A stretch of 64,000 nt of DNA from Oikopleura dioica. Taxonomy: Eukaryota > Animalia > Chordata. The position numbers were made by a program, and so were the translations under genes. This document shows positions 1-12,562 of this stretch, in pieces. Numbering within the stretch: position 1 is the stretch's first letter; each line of letters opens with the position of its first letter. The notes beneath the pieces are model-generated. The model saw only the letters and a list, made by a program, of their open reading frames with translations. It had not been told where the DNA came from and did no database searches. The stretch covers positions 13,826,001 to 13,890,000 of the forward strand of contig OU015566.1 of the NCBI GenBank assembly GCA_907165135.1. Direction: 5' to 3'.

Positions 1-259
1 GATATTTTTGTTGATCTTTTTCTTCCATGTTCTCTTTTTCTTCAAACCAGCTTCTTGCGTATTAATGCTCCGGGTAGAGAGCACTTCTTCGGTGAAAAGA
101 ATGACTTGGTCGCCGACTTTTCGCAAAGTTCCGAAACATTTGCAGTCCAGGCACTTTGATTTTTTTTTTGAATAGACGTTAACTACGCGATTTTACCTGT
201 ATTTCGAGATTGCTAAACGTATTAAAATTGTTGTCTGTTTCTTCCTCAAAAATATCCAT
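1..259 (-). CDS. 5' part of a tandem paralog of the Cys-rich/kelch-like membrane protein gene (runs off window edge)
   Basis: ATG at 259: MDIFEEETDNNFNTFSNLEIQ, GT-AG intron, then CLDCKCFGTLRKVGDQVILFTEEVLSTRSINTQ. Same exon 2 sequence and same intron position as the gene starting at 5070. Confidence 0.75.
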
Positions 260-648
260 TTTCGGTGTTGTCTCTCTACTTCAAAACTGTCTTTTGAGTT
301 GACAAGGAAAGTTCATTCTTAGACGCGAGTGGAGTTAGAAAAAGGTCAAATCTCGTAGTTACGACGTTTTGGCAGTTCGTCGTGTTCTTCGAGTCTCAAA
401 AGTAAGCTTTATTCTCATCCATGACTTTTTGATTCTCAAAAAATAGTGGAACAGTCCTTCTTTTCGTCAGTTTTTGTCGAATTTTCAAAATAATCTTTTT
501 CGCATCCATGACTTTTATCTTAAAAAAAATGGAGCACTCTTGCTTTTATTGAGAAATTTTGATAAATGTTTTTGAAATTATCGTGAATTGAAGTTGAACT
601 AAGGAGCTTTTTTATTTGATTTTGCAGAAGAAGGGAGAAATGAATATT

Positions 649-3600
649 TTACGCGTCGCAATAGTTGATAGGTGTGAGGAACAGAATCGGTCGATAATAA
701 GAGTTTTCGTGAAAGCCGACTATGTCCACGGAAACAATCGTTTCATCTTCGTCTTTTTGATCAGTTGACGACATTTTTCATTAACTGTCCATAGCAGAGT
801 TCCGAATCACTTCACTTTAACTTTGAAGAAAAGTTGCTATGGAAAAATCGCTTCATGACAATTTTGAAGTAGAGTGAAGTGATTTTTTTTCTTTAAAATT
901 GAAGTGAAGTGAAGTGAAGTTATTTTGCACAACTTCAGCAATTATCAAAGTGAAGTGAAGTGATTTTTTGATCCCGGAAAATTAGAGTGAAGTGAAGTGA
1001 AGTTAAATTTAAGACTTCAATATCTGAAGTGAAGTGAAGTGAAGTTAAAAAATCACTATATTCTATTTTGAAGTAAAGTGAAGTGAAGTTACTTTTTTAA
1101 AAAAATCTTCACTTTAACTTCAAAGGTAACTTTCGTGAAGTTGAAGTGAAGTTATTCGGAACTCTGGTCCATAGTAGTACTTCTCAACTGTTCCTATCTG
1201 AATACGTTGAATGCCACGAACACTATGGCTGTTTCCGGGAAAGATATAAACAGTGTTGTCCGCGACAATTCCTGATCCGTTATTCACTGACTTGAAAAAG
1301 AAAGTTAACAGTTTAAAAATTTAAATAAGAATTCTCACCTTTAGTAAATTTTTCATTTTTATCCATTTAGACTCGATTCCTTCGGATGGTTTTGAAAGAA
1401 ACCAAGTTTCCTTCAGATGTTCTCGCGTACATGCATCATTACCTCCTAACGTAGCTATTGATTCAGATGGCAATCCGACAACGACATGTCGTTCGATACA
1501 TCTTAACATACATGATGATTGATATGAATGAAATCTAATGAAATAACCTTGGATGAAATGCAAGTTCTTCCCAGCCATTTTCAGTCAATATTTCAGTAAA
1601 TCCTCTGTTTGGATAAGGATAATCTTGACCACCGACTGCTGTGGGCCCTCCATGATAAAGGCCCATCTCGCCCATCCAATGCCCGCTTTTGCTTCGAAAA
1701 CTTGCTTTTCAACAACTGTTCCATTGAACGTGTCGCAGCTCTTGTAGCCAACAGAGTCGAAACAAATAAGAGCTAAAACTCCTTCAAACAATCAACAATC
1801 GTACGGTACCTTTCGTTCCCTTTGAAATGGAGACAGCTGCGCTTTCACCAGTAAACTTTCTGTGCAGGCGGTTTTGAAGACGCGTAAAGCTGCATTCGTC
1901 AACCTTGAGAATCTAAAAAACATGGTTAAGAACATAATATTCGTCAAACTTTACAATTTGTTCATCTTTTTTGCCGCCAAACAAGTGAAGTTGCCCATTC
2001 ACAAGAGCATGTTTAGATCCATCGACAAATTCAGACAGATCTTCCGGAATTAATAATTTTCTTTTTTGGTTTGTCGAGCCATCCCCAAACAGGGCATATT
2101 GTTTTGGTGGCGCATTCGGTTCGGAAAGAATAACATAAATCTGGCTTGGTTGATTTTGATAAAAGAAAACATTTTTGATTTGAGTTTTGTCGTCGAATTT
2201 GAAGACTCTTATTCTTCCGTCTTTTATCTTTTGAAGATTGTTCATCTTTCTTCTCGCAATTTCCGTGTTGTTTTTCTTGAGAACAAAGAAAGAGGAGTCT
2301 TCTTGCTTCTTGAAAAGAATTTCATTCGACCTCCAATCTGTGCTCAAAAATTCGTCAAACACAATAGTTTCTTTGAAAAAATCAGATGTTATCCCCGCTG
2401 AGCTGTTTTTAAAAACTTCGATTTCAAAGATTGTTTTTTCGTTGTATGATCGAAACTCCAGGAGCTTCATTGGCCCTTTCAGGCTCGATTTTTTCTTATC
2501 AGTTTCATAAGATTACTTAAATATTGTCTTGTTAATTTCAACTTTGAATCTTTCCTTCATTTCTAAATTTAATTTTCTCGTTTCATTGAAGCCAATCTCA
2601 AATGACGAAATATGGAATAATTGCTCCTGGAAAGATGTGAACGGATGATTTGGAATAATCGCCAAAGGATACGGCGGAGAGAGACTACTTGCTTCATTTT
2701 AGGCTCTTACTGACAGTAAGTTACTGTGGCCATCAAAGTCCAAAAAAAATTATCTTTCAGAGCCTTGGCTGATTGTGGAAAAGAATCAATTTTGCCGACA
2801 GCATTCTTGGCGAAATTGGGAAAAACATCATCATGAAAAGCGAAAAAGGGATTGCTAACCACATGCATTTTTCGCTCCGCTTTCTGATGCTGAAAATCAA
2901 GCTCGATCTGATCTTTTGAGGATACTCAGATAAAAAATATGCTTATTAAACATGAGCGTTGTTTATCCATTCCGAAGTTGAAAAAGATCTCGAAAGTCGA
3001 GTCAAAAACAACGTTTTGGAGGTAAATGCGATCCTTGTTCAAAAAGGCGTTGATGAAATATTCGCACTCGTCGTTGTTGGTTCCGAATTGATTCGAATAC
3101 GCGAGATCATTTGGTGCGTACATACCGGAAAAACACTTCGACTCTTGCTCGTACTTGACCAAGGAGCCGATCCATTCGCTTCCTAGCGGCAAGAATCTCC
3201 CTTCTTTCTCGAGCAATAGTGAATACTGCATGTTTGATAGAACAATGCTTCTAGTAACAACAATGAGCATCAACTGACCAAGATCGATCTTTTTATGGAA
3301 TCGCAAAAAAAAGATATTAAAAATAAAACATTTTTGGCGATTCCAGTCCAGAGGTATAACATGAACCGGGTCAAAGTCCCTCAGCATTGCTGGAACCGCG
3401 ATTTCGTCCTTTCGCCAGCCTTTTTCGAGCTCCTCATTTGGTCGAATCGAGTTGAGCGCGACTGTTTTCGAAACAGTGATCCACGCTGTGCCGAGTCGTA
3501 AACTCATTAAAAAGAAGCTGCCACCAAAGCTGATGGAGGACATTCTGGCGTTGAAATGATTGCTGGCGATGTAACCTTGAGCCGTTTCAAATCTGTTTAA

Positions 3601-5070
3601 ATTATAATCAGGCGCGTAATAGTAGCATTTATCTCGCCGGAGCTCGGGAGAGCTTTTATCGGTCAAAAATTATTTTAACTTCATGAAAGTTAAAGAAACA
3701 CAAAACTTGTCTACTTATTTTGAACCTGTTTCAGATCACAACGACCGGAAAAATAGTTTTCCCTTTTTCCTCGTTTCTGATTGTAATTTCGTGGGTTCCA
3801 ATAGACGATGCAAAATGAAATGAAAAATAAGGAGACCTTTAAAACAGTTTCTCTATCAGATTATTTCTTCGAATGTACCTGTCGAAAATTCGATTTTCAA
3901 TAAACACAGAAACGGTGCCATTTTCACGAACGCGCATCAAACTTCCTCTCTGATCGACTAAATAGTGTTCTCCATTGAGAAATGTAGCACCGATAGCCTT
4001 TTTTTTGTTTTAGATCTCAAATCATTTTGTGGCATAGAAAAATTAAAAACATTCATAATAATCAAAGGATTTGCCGTCGGGAACCTCGATGCTAGTATTT
4101 TTAGCAGTTTGAACTCCTGAAAAATCAAACAAGACTAAAGCGGCTTTTTTGGCATTAGCTTGTTTCATTGCATTATCGTTCCGACTGTAATCACCGTTTT
4201 TCAAGTCAAAAGCGGGAACGAATTTTTGATCGTTCTCCGTTTTTTCGCATTTATAAAAGGGACATGGGCAGCCGTTTTTGCAATATTTTTCAGTTGGGCA
4301 AACTGCTCCCGCAGAAACAGAGGATCTCGTCAGTTCAAAGCAAATGGATTCGCAAGGCGTGATCGAATGAGTCCTCGTTGATTTCAAAATGAGTGTCTTG
4401 GCGCAAAGATGACGGCATACTTTTTGGTCGAGAAACTTTTTCTTTTTGCAGCGACGTAGATTTACTTGATTTTCTTCTTCTGAGAATTTGATGATTTCGC
4501 GTTCTTCAGGCTTGATTAGGGAAACCGGCTTTGGAAGGATGAATTCTTTAGTTGCATAGCATTGCTTCATCAGATGGCCGCAAAGGTCCATTGACTCTAT
4601 TTGGACACATCTTTTGTAGCTTCGATGGCAAGTTGACGTCAAAAAAGTCGTTTGAATCTTCGATTTTTCCAAAGAAGCGAAATTTGCTGTCTTGATGTTA
4701 GAAATTCATACCTTTCATCTTATTTACCAATTATCATGATTGTTATCCAAAAAATCGAGCCGAGGAAAACGTAATAAGACTTTTGCTTATTCGTGGCATT
4801 TCCATGTCCAACTAAGCTCACACTGTCGGCGACCCTTTTCTTCCAGGTTTTCTTCTTCAACAAATCAATCTCTTGCGTATTAATGCTGCGCGTAGAAAGC
4901 ACTTCTTCCGTGAAAAGAACGACTTGGTCGCCGATTTTTCGCAAAGTCCCGAAACATTTGCAATCAAGGCACTTATTAATTCTGTTGCCCCTGATTTTTA
5001 CCGAAATTGTGATTTACCTGTATTTGTATTTGGCTTAATTTATCGAAATTAGTATTTTCTGGTTTTTCCT
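649..5070 (-). CDS. Multi-exon type II membrane protein: N-terminal TM, Cys-rich CPC module, degenerate kelch-like C-terminus (lineage-expanded family)
   Basis: ATG 5070 (MDLEEKPEN...), TM YYVFLGSIFWITIMIIA, Cys cluster CPTEKYCKNGCPCPFYKC (ORF 4043-4672), kelch-like HALVNGQLHLFGG (ORF 1913-2470), last exon ...YRPILFLTPINYCDA* (stop 649-651). Whether this is one gene or two is uncertain. Confidence 0.55.
795..1166. mobile_element. hAT-type MITE (372 bp) with internal (GAAGT)n arrays
   Basis: TIR CAGAGTTCCGAAT(C/A)ACTTCACTT. Perfect 8-bp TSD GTCCATAG at 787-794 and 1167-1174. Confidence 0.9.
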
Positions 5071-5246
5071 CAAGATCCATCTTTCTAGCTCTCTAGTTGA
5101 ATAAAAAGTGTCTTTTTCGTTGACAAGATAAGTCGAGTCTCTGACGCGAGTTGGCAGAAAAAAAGGTCAAATCTCGTCATTTCGACCTTTTTTTAGACTT
5201 TTACCAAGTAAACGATTTTTTTATCGATGACTTTTTATCTTTATTT

Positions 5247-7620
5247 TTAAAAATTTGATGAACCGTTTTTCTTTTCGTCAGACTGAATATTTTTCAAGGA
5301 GAAATGCTCTCCTTTTGCTTTCGATTTCGCATAAAAGTTGAGAGACTCTTCAAGCGTCTGACAAATCGGAAGTCCCTGAAAAATTCATTCAATCAATCAA
5401 AAAATCAGCAAATATCATACCGAAGTTTCTGGTAGAAGAAAGATAAGAGCTCCACCAAGCAATCCAAAAGATCCGAATAACTAAAAATTCAAAAAAAAAA
5501 GCAAGGGAATGTCTGCTTACCAAGTAAACAATGCATCCATTTTTCATCTGAAGAATAAATGGAGCTAGAAACCCTCCAACTCTTCCACACATCGAACCGA
5601 ATCCGATTCCTGTACTTCTCAATGGCGTAGGGAACAGTTCTGCAGCATAAACATAAATCGCGCCAAACGAGCCAGAAATAAAGAATTTCCCCGCAAAAGC
5701 CATCCATCTTTGCGCTTCAAGAAAAGCCCGAGGATCATCAGCTTCTCCCGCCGCGAATTCTAGCGCCATGCAAACTAAACAAGCAATTCCGCCAAAGATC
5801 ATAAAGCCTCCATTGATCCATCTTCTCCCAAACCTATCCAGCGTAAAAGCAACAAGCACATATCCAAGCAGCTCTACAAGTCCATTGATCGTGTTGTTCA
5901 CATAAATGCTTCCAGCAAAAGAAGCGACGTTGAAAGATAGCCCGTAGTAGACCATCGTGTTCACAAAGAAAGCAAAACCGACATTTGCCGAAACACTAGC
6001 CATGTTTTTGTGCCGGAACATGTCCAGAATCGTATATTCCTCTGATTCCTTGTCATTTTTTGCTAAAATATCAGCTTCGACTTTGTCCAAAAGAGAGTCA
6101 TCTATTTCCCTGTTTGTTTGTTTCCCAAGCTCTTTGAAAATCTCCCTTGCTTCTTCTCTCCTCCCTCTAGAATACAAAAACAGCGGCGACTCCGGATAGA
6201 AAGGATAAGTCAGTAAGGTAGCAAAGGCAATAGTTGCGTTTGCCAAGGTAAACTCCCTCCAATCCGGGACAAAATACGCGACAAGACCAGAGCTAATGTA
6301 TCCAATTGAAAAGTACCCACTCGCCAGAGCTCCGGAAATGGCTCGGCGGGAAGGACCAAGAAGCTCCATCGAATAAGTTTTTTGAGAGAGATAGGATACG
6401 TGGCCAAAGCCATTGCCGAGAACTCGCATCGCTAGAAAACCATATTGATTTGGCTTGAATGGGCTCCGAGTTGCGAGTTCTTTATTTTAACCCATTTCTG
6501 CATTCTTGCCAAAAACTTGGAGCCCGTAGCATGAAGGCATGAATCGTGAGCAATATTCCATTTATCTGAGTCCAAACCATGATCGCATTTTTTCTCCCAA
6601 ATCTGTCCACATAAATTCCGGCAATATACGCGCCAATCATGAGCGACAGCAATCCAAGAGCAGTTGAAAGTGAGTCAAACCACTCGTCGCCGCAGATGAG
6701 CTTGAACTGAGTCACAGCTGTTTCCCAAGATTGGCCGGCATTGAAGATAAAATTGGTCGAGTTTCGGAGAGAGCGGTCGAAGACGAAATCGTCATTGCAA
6801 CTTGTCCAGCTGGCGATTTCTTGAGCGGGTTTGCCGAGACAGCTTTTGAGGGCTTCGAAGCTTTGTTGATGGTCGCAGGAATTGATTGACATCGGGTTGA
6901 AAACGCAATGGCCACAGCCAGATGAATGGTCGCTAGAATCAAAACCGCTTTGAAAAGATTGACGATCGAGCGATTTAAGGGATCCCCCCCCCCCGTTTTG
7001 CCATCTTTGACTGGAAATTCAGCCGATTTGCGCTTATGTATTGGGGCGTACAATAGCTCTACGTAAAGCTGAGGTGCTATCCGCTATTCTCTAGTACAGA
7101 GAAATTTTTTGCTCAAGGCAAACATACCACGAGATGTTCGTAAAGGGGTCATATAATTATATGTATTTACATCAAAATGATCCTCAGATCACGAGGAATC
7201 TAAATATGCCAGATATAACCCCCTATGAAAGACTTGAAAAAACAGGGGGGGGATCCCTTAAGGATATCGGAGCGCTAGAATTATTTCTCTCTTTTTCGCT
7301 TATCAACGATTGTTCAATCTCCTCCCTGTCCTGCAGTAAGGTGTATCAGTTGTCAAACTCTCAATCTGTTTCCAATTCAACCATTCGAACTCCTCGTTGT
7401 TGTCAAAAACCGACTGGCATCGATAAGGAGGTGTATACTGCGCAAAAACCGGATAAATCGCCATGAACCCGCCAAGAATCCCGGCATAACTGGCCATTCC
7501 TGTAATTCGCATTTGATAAAGCGAAATATGCGGCAGTTTTTCCCATAAAAAATCGATTCCTCGTTTCTCTTTCTCTGAAATAAACGGTTTTTTCTCTGGC
7601 TTTTTGCTTTTTTCTTCCAT
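5247..7620 (-). CDS. SLC22-family organic cation/anion transporter (MFS)
   Basis: Motifs FKLIC, DRFGRK, ELLGPSRR, PESP, ELFPTPLRSTG, LLPETSG-PICQTLEE. ATG 7620, stop 5247-5249, several short introns. Confidence 0.9.
6979..7257. mobile_element. TTAA-flanked GG...CC MITE (Kolobok-like termini) in SLC22 intron 1
   Basis: TIR GGGATCCCCCCCC. TTAA at 6975-6978 and 7258-7261. Confidence 0.8.
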
Positions 7621-9167
7621 TTTGAAATTTAATAACAAAAATGGCGCGATATCTGTATAGAAGTATCCTTGCCCCGAGGGAAACTTAACTATGTTCTCGA
7701 AAAATTAACGGAATTAGGCACACAAAGAACAAAAAATATTGCTTTTGAGCTTGAGAAAATGGTCGAAGAATTTATGTTTTTGGTTGAATGGCGTGGCCAA
7801 GTGAATTTATTCCGAAAAACGGCTTTGCAATTTTGAATTTGAAAAATTGTTCGTTTTCGTAAGTTGAATTTGTTTGTGTGTTGGAGCATAAGATCAACAC
7901 AAGTAGCGCGGGATCACGCCCTTACAACCCTTTCTGCTCGTTCACGACGCCCTGATGCGGCTTAGCGCTGACTTCTGAAATAACTCGAGTCGAAATCGCG
8001 GAAATGAGGATTTAGAGGAAATGCTCCATTTCGAAGTCGATATCCTTAAGTTTGATGAGTCGGAATGAACTTCAATCGAAAATTCAAAATTTCAGTGGTG
8101 ATACCCTTAATTTTCAAAAATTAACGAGCAGTCCAGAAGTCTCAAGATCCCAAAAATACCACATTTTCTTTCTAATAAACTCTCAAAATCTCTCTTTTTC
8201 TTTATCGAAAACTTTGGCGGCGGAAGCGTTGACCGTCAATTTGGGATATCTCGCCCGCGCGGTGGCTTAACCTGCCACAGATCTGTCATCTCGTGGCCGA
8301 ATCAGCGAAATATTCGTAAATCCACTGTTGCGAATTACTGTGGCTCCTCGGCGCTCTAAAAAGCGAATTTATGGTTTTTTCCTGCGTCTTCTGTTTTTTT
8401 GTTTGTCAACAGAAAACAGATTAACTGATGGAGAAATTAGACATTGATAAATAAGGCGTAATGGGCACTTTTTGTGCCCAGCCGTAAAAGAGGGTTAAAA
8501 ATCATTTTTTTTTGAGCATTGTTCGAAAATTTTCGAGAACAATTTTGTTTTTTTTTTAATTAATTTTTGCTTTTCTTTTTTTATTATCCCGGGTTGGGAA
8601 TTAAAAAAGAAAATTTTTTAAAATTTTTTTATCAAAACAATTTCGTTCTAGAAACTTTTCTCAAAATGAAGTGTGAATGGAAAAAAAAGGGAACCGCGTC
8701 AATTTCAGGCCTCTTTTTGGCCTTCACGTCAAAAAGTATTCTGGGGCGCGAATTCTAAAGAGCCAAAAAGATTTCATGCCTTCCAAGCTTAGACGTTGCC
8801 GCGTTTCTTTCGTTTTGCCAGCTGCGGCAAGGTGCGACGAGGCCGTTCATTATCATCATCTTCGAAACTTGAAAATTGAAAATTGTCATTTATACTGTGT
8901 TTTTTTTCAAAAGAAACGCTCTTTTGAAGCTCCAGATTTCGAAAATTAAGAAATTCGACATTACATCATCGAAATTCCTCGTTTCTTGGACTCTGTTGCG
9001 ACGTGGTGAAGAGCCTCCCCTTCCGCCGATTAAGGGAGCCAAGTGTGTTCGAGTGTCTCAGGAAATTTTCCAAAGAGGTCAGAGTCAGACTGCTGCATTT
9101 TCAGGAACCTGGCGAGCTCAACTGGGGAAGAATGATAAGCAGCGAAAGAAGGAAAAAGAGGGAGTTT

Positions 9168-9240
9168 TGACCACGATGGGACTCGAACCCACAACTTCCT
9201 GATTCGAAGTCAGACGCCATATCCATTAGGCCACGCGGCC
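9168..9240 (-). tRNA. tRNA-Arg (anticodon TCG)
   Basis: GGCCGCGTGGCCTAATGGATATGGCGTCTGACTTCGAATCAGG...GTGGGTTCGAGTCCCATCGTGGTC folds into a full cloverleaf. T5 Pol III terminator about 12 nt downstream. Confidence 0.95.
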
Positions 9241-9350
9241 CCCGGGCGTGTGCCCAAACATCAACAACCTAACACCCCTAAGGCAAAATTATAAAAAAGA
9301 AAATCATTTATTGAACAATTAAAACTCGGTCAGAAAAATGAAGGAATTAG

Positions 9351-10070
9351 TCAGAAAAGAGTTCGAATATCAGCTTTCTGAAATCTTCGGTCGCATTTCG
9401 GACATCTTTCGTTATTTTCCAAGTGTTTTTCGATGCAAGATTGTCCAAACATATGGCCACAGACGATGATGCAGGATTGCCAGTGATCTTTTTGGTCATA
9501 TTTACAGAGGCAAATGTCGCAAGTCGGGAAGGAATCATCGTTGTTTTCAAGAATATCGAGCTCTTCTTCAATTTCCGCTTTGATTTTCGCCTCCATCTCA
9601 GCTTTTTTCTCAATCAATTTTAGCTTTTCTTTCGTTAGAAAAGCCACTTTTATTGGAAAACGCTTTTCCCATCGGAAATATTCTTCCTCTTCATCGCAAT
9701 CGCTATCGGACAAAATATATGTAAATTTGAACTTCGAAGCAGCATACTCATCAAAAATCATTCTTGCCGAGTTTGGATCAAATTCATCATCGTTATTAGT
9801 AACAAGTGAAAATAATAAAGGATTGTTCCTCAGATAGCATCTTCTTGCCCAATTAAGACTTATTTCTTTTTTAACATTATCGGTCATTTTTTCGAAAAGT
9901 GAAATTATGCCTTCCCATCTCTCTATGGACCGGTCAATCTCTTCGACTTCTTTTCGACCCCTCTTCAATTGTTCAAGTAGCTTTTCTTTTTTGTTTTGAA
10001 TAGCTTGATCGATTCTCTCTTCAAGATCTTCTTCTTTGGTCGAAGTTTTGTCAGATGAAGCTTCTGCCAT
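9351..10070 (-). CDS. Intronless coiled-coil protein with C-terminal RING finger (RFWD3-type CGHxFGxxC), probable E3 ligase
   Basis: 239-aa ORF; CDIC...DH...CGHMFGQSC...CPKC. Confidence 0.85.
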   Translation of the reverse strand: MAEASSDKTSTKEEDLEERIDQAIQNKKEKLLEQLKRGRKEVEEIDRSIERWEGIISLFEKMTDNVKKEISLNWARRCYLRNNPLLFSLVTNNDDEFDPNSARMIFDEYAASKFKFTYILSDSDCDEEEEYFRWEKRFPIKVAFLTKEKLKLIEKKAEMEAKIKAEIEEELDILENNDDSFPTCDICLCKYDQKDHWQSCIIVCGHMFGQSCIEKHLENNERCPKCDRRFQKADIRTLF

Positions 10071-10744
10071 TTTGACTCAACTGATTTACAAAAATCTATA
10101 TTTTCTTGAAGAAATTAGTGTGAATGAATAGATCGATGGAGACCGGCTTTCTTATCACTTTGAGCGGCCGGTTCCCACACTTGTTTCTCACTCAAAAATC
10201 ATATTCAGCGCTTTTCATTTAATCGAGAATCAAGCAATCAGTATTGGTAAGAAAGATTACGTGGCATGCTCTGAAATTCCACCTGTCAAACTTCCAAATT
10301 CGCTTCGCTGTTCAATTCCTTCTTTGTTGGGCGGGAATTTCATCATTGTTGGAAAAATAATCCACTGAAGGTTCCACGTTGATCAAATACCAAAAAACGA
10401 AATCAGATCTTCAAATTTTCGACCTTGAAAATGATCGTTTTTTCTTGACTGAAGGGTACTGTAGTGAAAATTGAACGAAGCGCGCCTGAGAAAGATGTAT
10501 TCAAGTCCCCTATTTAATATTTCTAAAGAGAAGTTTTCTCAAATTAGAAGCCCCTTTCTGTAAAAGTAAAGTCGGCTGGTGACATTAGCGTGAAAATCGA
10601 AAACGCGTCTGAGCGTCTGGCCCGAGTCAAAGCCAATTCAAAATGTTCTTGAGCACCTGCGCCAGGGAATCAATTCCACACGAAAAGAGCATCATCATCA
10701 AGGATTACAACTTCAGTGAACTTCATTTAGATTGAACTTTTTGA

Positions 10745-10980
10745 CCACTTACACCAAAAAATCCTGAGTCAGGGTTTGGAAGATCTCGAATGGAAAGCCG
10801 CGCAGCGGCTTTTTAAAACACGAAGCCGCGAAGCGGCTTCGCCGTTAATTTAAAAATACCTTGAAAGAATATTTCGCGAAGCCGCTCTGCGGCTTCGTCT
10901 TTAAAAAAGCCGCTTTGCGGCTTTTCAGTTTAACTCTTCAGACGCTGACTAAGGTTTTGTACACAGGTTGCCGAGCCTCT
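10745..10980. mobile_element. Palindromic MITE family 1 copy
   Basis: CCTGAGTCAGG and AAGCCGCGAAGCGGCTT internal palindromes; right TIR CAGGTTGCCGAGCC. Confidence 0.8.
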
Positions 10981-11389
10981 CCCAGCTCTAGCCCGTCAAA
11001 TTTCGCTGAAGAAACAGGTTTGAAATTGGGTTCTTTGTCCGTCTAAAAAGCATTAATCCGGACTACGGGCGGTAATTAAGCTTTCCGGGCGCAAATTAGG
11101 AATGCTGCTGCTCCGTGAACAGGACCGCCGATTTCACAATGACAGTCACGGTGGATCGGCCGGACAAGCGGGCTAAGCGCCGCCAATCTCGAATTTCAGC
11201 AATTTAAACACGCTTCCTCGAATTTACAGAAAAGGCAATGTTCTAAGTCTTTCTCTAACTCGCTTTGCACGTTGGTCAAGCGGGAAGGTCCCGGATTTCG
11301 ACCACGACTTGAGTTACGGTGACCAGAGTTTTGTTGCATAACGAAAACAAGTGATTTCAGCTTCAAATGCAAGATTCATGAAAATTGTT

Positions 11390-11642
11390 GAACTGACATG
11401 TGTAAAAAGCCTGAGTCAGGATTTTTAAGATCTCTAATGAAAAGCCGCGCAGCGGCTTTTTTAAATACGAAGCCGCAGGGCGGCTTCGCGAAATTATCTT
11501 TCGAGTCGACTTTTAATTACTGGCGAAGCCGCATCGCGGCTTCGTGTTTAAAAAAGCCGCTGCGCGGCTTTTCATTACAGTCATTTCAGACCTTGATTCA
11601 GGTAGCCTGAGTCAGGCTTTTTACACAGGTTGCCGAGCCTAG
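11390..11642. mobile_element. Palindromic MITE family 1 copy
   Basis: Same internal palindromes; right end CAGGTTGCCGAGCCTAG. Confidence 0.8.
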
Positions 11643-12064
11643 ATAGGGATTAATATCAAAAAAAGGAGGAAGAAACTCTTACGATGATGGATTATAAAAT
11701 TTTCACTTGAAATTCAATCTTCCCCAAGTTTGATGCTCGGCGGATGTGTCCTGTCTCTACATTGAATTTTTCCTTTTTGCGATTTTGCGATTTTTCAAGG
11801 CGCTCGATTTTCGCAAGATCGAACATTTGAAAAGGGAGAAATTCCGCGAAGTGGCGTCACCAAACGTTGCGTCAAATTTTAAAGCAAGATGGACCAAGGC
11901 GTCGCGAAAATGTCACGAGCGAATTTGGGTTCAACGAATCAGCGCAAATATCACAAAACGCATTTATGCAACATCTGTGGCCGCATCTTATCGAAAACGG
12001 TTGTTCCATGAAATTTGACCTGCTTTTTTCATCAATAAAATAAATTTGGAAGTCTTGTCTATGC

Positions 12065-12562
12065 CTGGGTCGACAACCTGTGCCGAGAACCTGAGTCAGG
12101 GTCAGAAGAGCTAAATTGGAAAGCCGCGTAGCGGCTTTTTCTTATAAACGAAGCCGCCTGGGCTCGGCAACCTGACTAAAAAACCTGAGTCAGGGTATAA
12201 AAGATCAAAAATGAAAAGCCGCGTAGCGGCTTTTTCAAAAACGAAGCCGCGGAGCGGCTTCGCCAGAAGTTAAAGATAAGATTGAAGAATAATATTGCGA
12301 AGCCGCTTCGCGGCTTCGTTTTTAAAAAAGCCGCTACGCGGCTTCTCATTTTTGATTTTTTATACCCTGACTCAGGTTTTTTACTCAGGTTGCCGAGCCC
12401 AAGAAGCCGCAAGGAAAGCCGCCAGAAATCAATAATAGATCGAGATGGTTTCATTTACAAAGCCGCTTCGCGGCTTCGATTGTTAAAAAGCCGCATTGCG
12501 GCTTTTCATTTTTGATCTTTCTCACCCTGACTCAGGCTTTTCAAACAGGTTGCTGAGCCGAG
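12065..12562. mobile_element. MITE family 1 copy containing a nested family 1 copy (12158-12402)
   Basis: Inner copy has TIR CTGGGCTCGGCAACCTG and a perfect 8-bp TSD GAAGCCGC (12150-12157, 12403-12410). Confidence 0.85.
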
